DNA from: an uncultured Acidobacteriota bacterium
Lineage (GTDB): Bacteria; Acidobacteriota; Polarisedimenticolia; J045
DNA: 64,000 nucleotides
Assembly (NCBI GenBank): GCA_963702425.1
Contig: CAVPCQ010000010.1
Coordinates: 32,001-96,000 of the forward strand
Direction: 5' to 3'
The translations under genes were made by a program, and so were the position numbers. Under the pieces are notes generated by a model. The model searched no databases and was not told the DNA's origin. It was given only the letters and a program-made list of their open reading frames with translations. Shown here piece after piece: positions 59,499 to 64,000 of the stretch. The number at the start of each line of letters is the position of its first letter. Position 1 is the first letter of the stretch.

Positions 59499-60775
59499 AG
59501 GGTTTCCCAGCGGCGGGTGAGCAGGCGCGCGACGAGGAAGCCGACGAGGCCGACGGCGAACAGCAGGGCGACCGGCACGGCCAGTGAGGCCAGCCCCTGG
59601 TCGCGCCAGAAGATCCGCGTGTACCCCTCGAGTGCCCAGGTGTTGGGCGTGATCCAGCCCAGGTCCTGGATCCACTTCGGCATGAAGAAGCGCGGGACCA
59701 TGCTGCCGCCGATCGCGGACAGGATCAGGATCCCGATCGTCGAGACCGCGTGCGCCTGGCGCTGGGTGCGGCTGGCGGCGGTCAGGGCCAGTCCCAGCCC
59801 GGCGGCCGCCGCGGCGGCGGCGACGGTGACGACCAGATAGCCCGCGAGGTGCCCCGGCAGGTCGACGCCGCGCAGCAGCCAGGCGACGACGAAGATCGCG
59901 CTGACCTGCACCACGCCCATCAGCACCAGGAACAGGAACTTCGCGCGCAGCAGCGGCGCCAGTCCCGACGGGCCGGCGAGGATCCGGTCGAGGATCCCGG
60001 TGTCCTTCTCCTCGAGCAGGTGAGCGGCGGTGCTGGCGGCCGAGAGCATCAGGAACATCACCGCGATCGCGCCCGCGTAGTAGGCGATGCCGTTCTGCCC
60101 CGCCGAGCGGCCGGTCACCTGCTCGACCTCGACGATCGCGCCGAAGTCGCTCTCCGAGGCCTCGTTGCTGGCGTCGGCCTCGAGCGCTTCGGCGCGCAGC
60201 GACGCGATGCCGCGCTCGAACTTCTCGCGCTGCGGGGCGGTCAGCTCGCCCAGCTCGTCCTCGAACAGCCCCATCCCGCCGCTCGCCAGCACGTCGGGCA
60301 TCGCCCCAAAGTAGACCTTCTGAAGCAGGCCCTGGGCGATCTGCGAGGCGACCCCTTTGGCGGTGTCCTCGACCAGCACGACCGGCGGCCGCGCTGAGGC
60401 ACCGAAGACGGCGTCGCCGCTTCCCGCCTCCGGGCGGAGGATCAGCCCGACGTCGGCGGTGCCGTTGCGCACCAGCGCGCGCACGGTATCGCCCGTCAGC
60501 TCGGGGAGCGCGACGCCGGAGACGACCCGCTTGCCGTCGGCGCCGACCGCGTCCAGCGCCGGCTCGCGCGCCAGCGCGCGGGCGAGTCGCCCCGTGGCCT
60601 CCGTGCCCCCCTCGTCGGCGATCGCGACCCGGACCGACGGCGCGTCGCCCGAGTGTCCGCCGAAGATCGACGCGAAGACCAGGAAGAACGCGACCGGCAG
60701 CAGAAAGGTCAGCGCCAGCGAGCCCTTGTCGCGCAGCAGCGAGAGCAGCATCGAGCGCAGGACCGCGAGCGTCAT
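59495..60775 (-). CDS. ABC-2 type exporter permease
   Basis: N-terminal TM, large extracytoplasmic loop, EEKDTGILDRIL..P, IGGSMVP..MP.W. Confidence 0.9.
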   Translation of the reverse strand: MTLAVLRSMLLSLLRDKGSLALTFLLPVAFFLVFASIFGGHSGDAPSVRVAIADEGGTEATGRLARALAREPALDAVGADGKRVVSGVALPELTGDTVRALVRNGTADVGLILRPEAGSGDAVFGASARPPVVLVEDTAKGVASQIAQGLLQKVYFGAMPDVLASGGMGLFEDELGELTAPQREKFERGIASLRAEALEADASNEASESDFGAIVEVEQVTGRSAGQNGIAYYAGAIAVMFLMLSAASTAAHLLEEKDTGILDRILAGPSGLAPLLRAKFLFLVLMGVVQVSAIFVVAWLLRGVDLPGHLAGYLVVTVAAAAAAAGLGLALTAASRTQRQAHAVSTIGILILSAIGGSMVPRFFMPKWIQDLGWITPNTWALEGYTRIFWRDQGLASLAVPVALLFAVGLVGFLVARLLTRRWETL

Positions 60776-61722
60776 TCGACCAGCTCCCTGCCGGTGACCT
60801 GGAAGTAGACGCCGTAGAGCGACGGCTCGCGGACCGACAGCTCCGCGGCGGACAGCCCGGCCTCGGCGAGGCGCCGGCCCGCGGCCAGGGCCTCGGCCAT
60901 GTCGCCGGCGACGACGCCGGTCAGGCGCGCGGGATCGGCGGGATCGGGCACCAGGCCGAGCTGCTGGAGCACCGCGCGCTGCGTCTCGCCCGAGGGCGGC
61001 ACCGCGAGCCGCACGACGAGCTCGCGGGCGTGGCCCAGCGTCGTCGCGATCAACTGCGAGAGCGTCCCCTCCGCGCGCAGCACGCCGTCGTCGATGATCC
61101 CGATCCGGTCGGCGAGCAGCGCCGCCTGGTCCAGGTCGTGCGTCGTGAGCAGGATCGCCATCCCGCGTCCCCGCAGGGAGGCGAGCATCTCGTGGATCCG
61201 CTCGCGGGCCTGCGGATCGACGCCGACCGTCGGTTCGTCGAGCAGCAGCAGCGCCGGCTCGTGCAGCACGCCGGCGGCGATGTTGACGCGCCGCCTCATG
61301 CCGCCGGAGAGGGTCGACACGCGGCTCATCGCGCGATCGGCGAGCCCGATCCAGTCGAGCGCCTCGCGGGCGCGGCGACGGGCCTCGACGGCCGACAGCC
61401 CGGCGAGCTGCCCGAGGATCTCGAGGTTCTCGAGCGGCGTGAGGTCGGGGTAGAGCGCGATCTCCTGCGGCACGAGGCCTAGACGCCGGCGGGCACCGGG
61501 GTCGACGGCGGGGTCGGCGCCGCCGAGCCGGACGCTCCCGGCGTCGAGCCGGACGCGGCCGCAGATCGCGCGGATCAGGGTCGTCTTGCCGGCGCCGTTG
61601 CGGCCGACGAGGGCGTAGATCTCGCCGGGCCGGAGGGCCAGCCCGACCCCCGCCAGCGCCTGCCGCGGGCCGAAGGCGCGGCGGGCGTTCTCCACGACGA
61701 GCACGGGGGCGTCGGTCGGCAC
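60772..61722 (-). CDS. ABC exporter ATP-binding protein
   Basis: GRNGAGKTT, LSGGM, LLLDEPTVGVD, TTH. Confidence 0.95.
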   Translation of the reverse strand: MPTDAPVLVVENARRAFGPRQALAGVGLALRPGEIYALVGRNGAGKTTLIRAICGRVRLDAGSVRLGGADPAVDPGARRRLGLVPQEIALYPDLTPLENLEILGQLAGLSAVEARRRAREALDWIGLADRAMSRVSTLSGGMRRRVNIAAGVLHEPALLLLDEPTVGVDPQARERIHEMLASLRGRGMAILLTTHDLDQAALLADRIGIIDDGVLRAEGTLSQLIATTLGHARELVVRLAVPPSGETQRAVLQQLGLVPDPADPARLTGVVAGDMAEALAAGRRLAEAGLSAAELSVREPSLYGVYFQVTGRELVE

Positions 61723-61752
61723 CCGTCGATTCTACGCGCGCGCGGGGTTCGG

Positions 61753-62172
61753 TCAGGCGACCGGTCGCATCACGAAAACGGCCACCAGCGCCCCCAGGAA
61801 GGCCAGCCCGGTCACGACGTGGATCAGCAGCGGCGGGCCGGGGCTCCCTGCGACCTCGCGGGACTTCGATTGGAGCGCGACCAGGCACAGGTCGAGCACG
61901 ATCAGCAGGAACACGAAGGTCAGCTTGGCGTGCATCCAGCCCTGCGAGAAGTAGGCGGTGTGGAGCATCAGCAGCACGAGGCCCCCGGCCAGCGTGACGA
62001 TCATCCCGGGCAGGCCGAAGCCGAGGTGGACCCGGCGCATCGCGTCGAGGATCGGCCGCTGAGCTTCGCGCGGGAGCTTCGTCGCCTGGCGAAGCTGCAA
62101 CGAGGCGATCAGCAGTGCGCCGATCCACATCACGATCCCGAACAGGTGGATCACCTTGAGGAATCCTTCCAT
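61753..62172 (-). CDS. HemJ/UPF0093 (CopD superfamily) membrane protein, possible protoporphyrinogen oxidase
   Basis: LKVIHL..IVMWIG and GWMHAKL motifs, four TM helices. Confidence 0.7.
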   Translation of the reverse strand: MEGFLKVIHLFGIVMWIGALLIASLQLRQATKLPREAQRPILDAMRRVHLGFGLPGMIVTLAGGLVLLMLHTAYFSQGWMHAKLTFVFLLIVLDLCLVALQSKSREVAGSPGPPLLIHVVTGLAFLGALVAVFVMRPVA

Positions 62173-62344
62173 CGTGTTCTCCAGGTCTCGGCCCCCGAAG
62201 GGGCGGGGGCCGGATTCTATGCCGTGGGGGCGAGCTCCACACCCGGGAGTCCGCCGGGGCGGCCGGGACCACGGCAGCGGCCGGGCTTCATGACGGATCC
62301 GGGTTAGGGCCTAGAATCCCGGATCCCGTTCCCCCGGAGACCCG

Positions 62345-63373
62345 ATGGCGGACCCCGTCCTGCTGCTCACCGACCCGGCGATGCTGGCCCACGACCCGGG
62401 CCCCGGGCACCCGGAGCGCCCGGCGCGCCTCGAAGCGGTGCTGGACGTGCTGCGCGAGCGGCCCGCCCCAGGGACGTCATGGCGCGCGCCGCGGCGCGCC
62501 ACGCGCGAGCAGGTCGCCCGCGTTCACGATCCGATGTACGTCGACGCCGTCGAGGCGCTGCGCGGCCAGTACGCGGTGCTCGACGGCGACACCTTCACCT
62601 CGCCCGGGACGGTCGACGCGGCGTGGCTCGCGGCGGGTGCGGCGATCGAGGCGGTGGAGGCCGTCGTCCGCAGAGAGGCGCGGCGGGCCCTCGCCCTGGT
62701 CCGTCCACCGGGCCACCACGCCGAACGGGACCACGCGATGGGCTTCTGCTTCTTCAACAACATCGCAGTCGCGGCCGCGCACGCGCGGGAGTCGCTCGGC
62801 TGCGAGCGCGTGCTGATCGTCGACTGGGACGTGCACCACGGCAACGGCACGCAGCACACCTTCGAGGACCGGCGCGACGTGCTGGTCTTCAACACCCACC
62901 AGTCGCCGCTCTATCCAGGGACGGGGGGGGCGCCGGAGACCGGGCGCGGGGAAGGGGACGGCTTCACCGTCAACGTCCCGCTGCCGCGGGGATCGGGCGA
63001 CGCCGACTACGCGGCCGTCTACGAGCAACTGCTGATCCCGATCGCGGAGGCCTACCGGCCGGACCTGGTGCTGGTCTCGGCCGGCTTCGACGCGCACCGC
63101 GACGATCCGCTGGCCGACATGGCCGTAAGCGAGGAGGGGTTCGCGCACCTGTGCGGCGTGGTGTGCGAGATCGCCGACGGGTGCGCGGAGGGGCGCGTGG
63201 CGGTTCTGCTCGAGGGGGGCTACGACCTGGCGGCGCTCGCCCGAAGCGTGCGCGGGTGCGTCGAGATCCTCGCCGGAGCCAACGCGCCGGACGTGCGAGG
63301 CACGCCGGGATCGGCGGCCGCGGAGTCCCTGGATCGCGCGCGCGTCATCCAGAGGCGGCACTGGCCGGTGTGA
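62345..63373 (+). CDS. Histone deacetylase family protein (class II-like)
   Basis: HPERPARL, RPPGHHA, GFCFFNN, DWDVHHGNGTQ, SAGFD, LEGGY. Confidence 0.95.
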   Translation: MADPVLLLTDPAMLAHDPGPGHPERPARLEAVLDVLRERPAPGTSWRAPRRATREQVARVHDPMYVDAVEALRGQYAVLDGDTFTSPGTVDAAWLAAGAAIEAVEAVVRREARRALALVRPPGHHAERDHAMGFCFFNNIAVAAAHARESLGCERVLIVDWDVHHGNGTQHTFEDRRDVLVFNTHQSPLYPGTGGAPETGRGEGDGFTVNVPLPRGSGDADYAAVYEQLLIPIAEAYRPDLVLVSAGFDAHRDDPLADMAVSEEGFAHLCGVVCEIADGCAEGRVAVLLEGGYDLAALARSVRGCVEILAGANAPDVRGTPGSAAAESLDRARVIQRRHWPV

Positions 63374-63397
63374 CGGCCCGCGCGGGTCGCGTGCCCG

Positions 63398-63471
63398 GTA
63401 GGGGCCGGCCTCCGTGCCGGCCCGCATGCGGAATGCGTGCGTTTCGGGCCGGCACAGAGGCCGGCCCCTAC
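63398..63471. repeat. Inverted REP pair between convergent HDAC and WG-repeat genes
   Basis: REP at +63398-63423 and -63446-63471. Confidence 0.9.
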
Positions 63472-63487
63472 AGGACCGGCCGCGCCG

Positions 63488-64000
63488 TCATTTGGTGGGG
63501 TTCCAGATGAACTTGCCGCTCTTGTCGACGTAGCCCCACGTGCCGCGCCCGAGCTTCACGCGCGCGAGGCCGTTGTCGAACGGCTGCGCCTCGTCGAACT
63601 GCGGGTTGATCGCGATCTTGCCGGCCTTGTCGACGTAGCCGTAGCGGTCGTCCAGCTCGAACCAGGCCAGCCCGTCGTGAAAGTCGCCCGCGCTCTCGAA
63701 CTGGGGATTGATCGCGATCTTGCCGGTTTTGTCGAGGTAGCCGTCGCGGCCGCCCATGCGGAAGCGCGCCAGCCCGTCCGAGTAGGGGCCGACGTCGTCG
63801 AAGTTGGCGTCGATCTTGAACGCCCCCTTGCCGTCGACGAACCCCTTGCGCTCGCCCAGGCGCACGAACGCAAGCCCCTCGGAGAAGTCGGACGCGCGCG
63901 TGAACTGCGGGTTGATCGCGATCGTTCCCTTGGTGTCGACGAACCCCCACAGGTCGCCCAACTCGACGCGAGCCAGGCCCTCGTGGAAATCGCCCGCGTC
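63488..64000 (-). CDS. WG (KWG) repeat protein, 5' part outside window
   Basis: About 35-aa repeats GF/YVDK.G.IAINPQF..A.DF.EGLA.V. Confidence 0.92.
   Translation of the reverse strand, partial: DAGDFHEGLARVELGDLWGFVDTKGTIAINPQFTRASDFSEGLAFVRLGERKGFVDGKGAFKIDANFDDVGPYSDGLARFRMGGRDGYLDKTGKIAINPQFESAGDFHDGLAWFELDDRYGYVDKAGKIAINPQFDEAQPFDNGLARVKLGRGTWGYVDKSGKFIWNPTK

Overview
High-GC bacterial window. The gene content (alternative complex III plus caa3 oxidase operon, Hanks kinase with TolB-like propeller, large modular secreted proteins) suggests Acidobacteriota, but this is inference. Layout: (1) 1-11.3 kb, actCDEFG-sco-coxBA-cox3-cox4-cox3-like respiratory operon ending in an SDR fused to a globin-like domain. 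(2) 11.3-30 kb, housekeeping and regulatory genes: LON-N protein, class V PLP enzyme, ECF sigma/anti-sigma, MntP, M16 peptidase pair, kinase, Uma2, VOC, DUF1998 helicase-exonuclease fusion, STAS, DUF1684 and a degenerate shikimate kinase. (3) 30.1-54.8 kb, a divergently transcribed cluster of seven large secreted proteins (four S8 subtilases, one gluzincin, a 2183-aa non-catalytic protein and a Cys-rich propeller). Six of these end in a related FN3-like C-terminal domain that may be an undescribed sorting or anchoring signal, which is the main candidate novel system. (4) 54.9-64 kb, ADH, GNAT, sulfatase, ABC exporter, HemJ-like, HDAC and WG-repeat genes. A 26-nt GTAG-type REP occurs in 10 full copies: three supply gene stop codons, and one inverted pair is translated in frame inside the helicase. 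About eight single-base frameshifts look like long-read errors. No rRNA, tRNA, CRISPR array or transposase was recognised.
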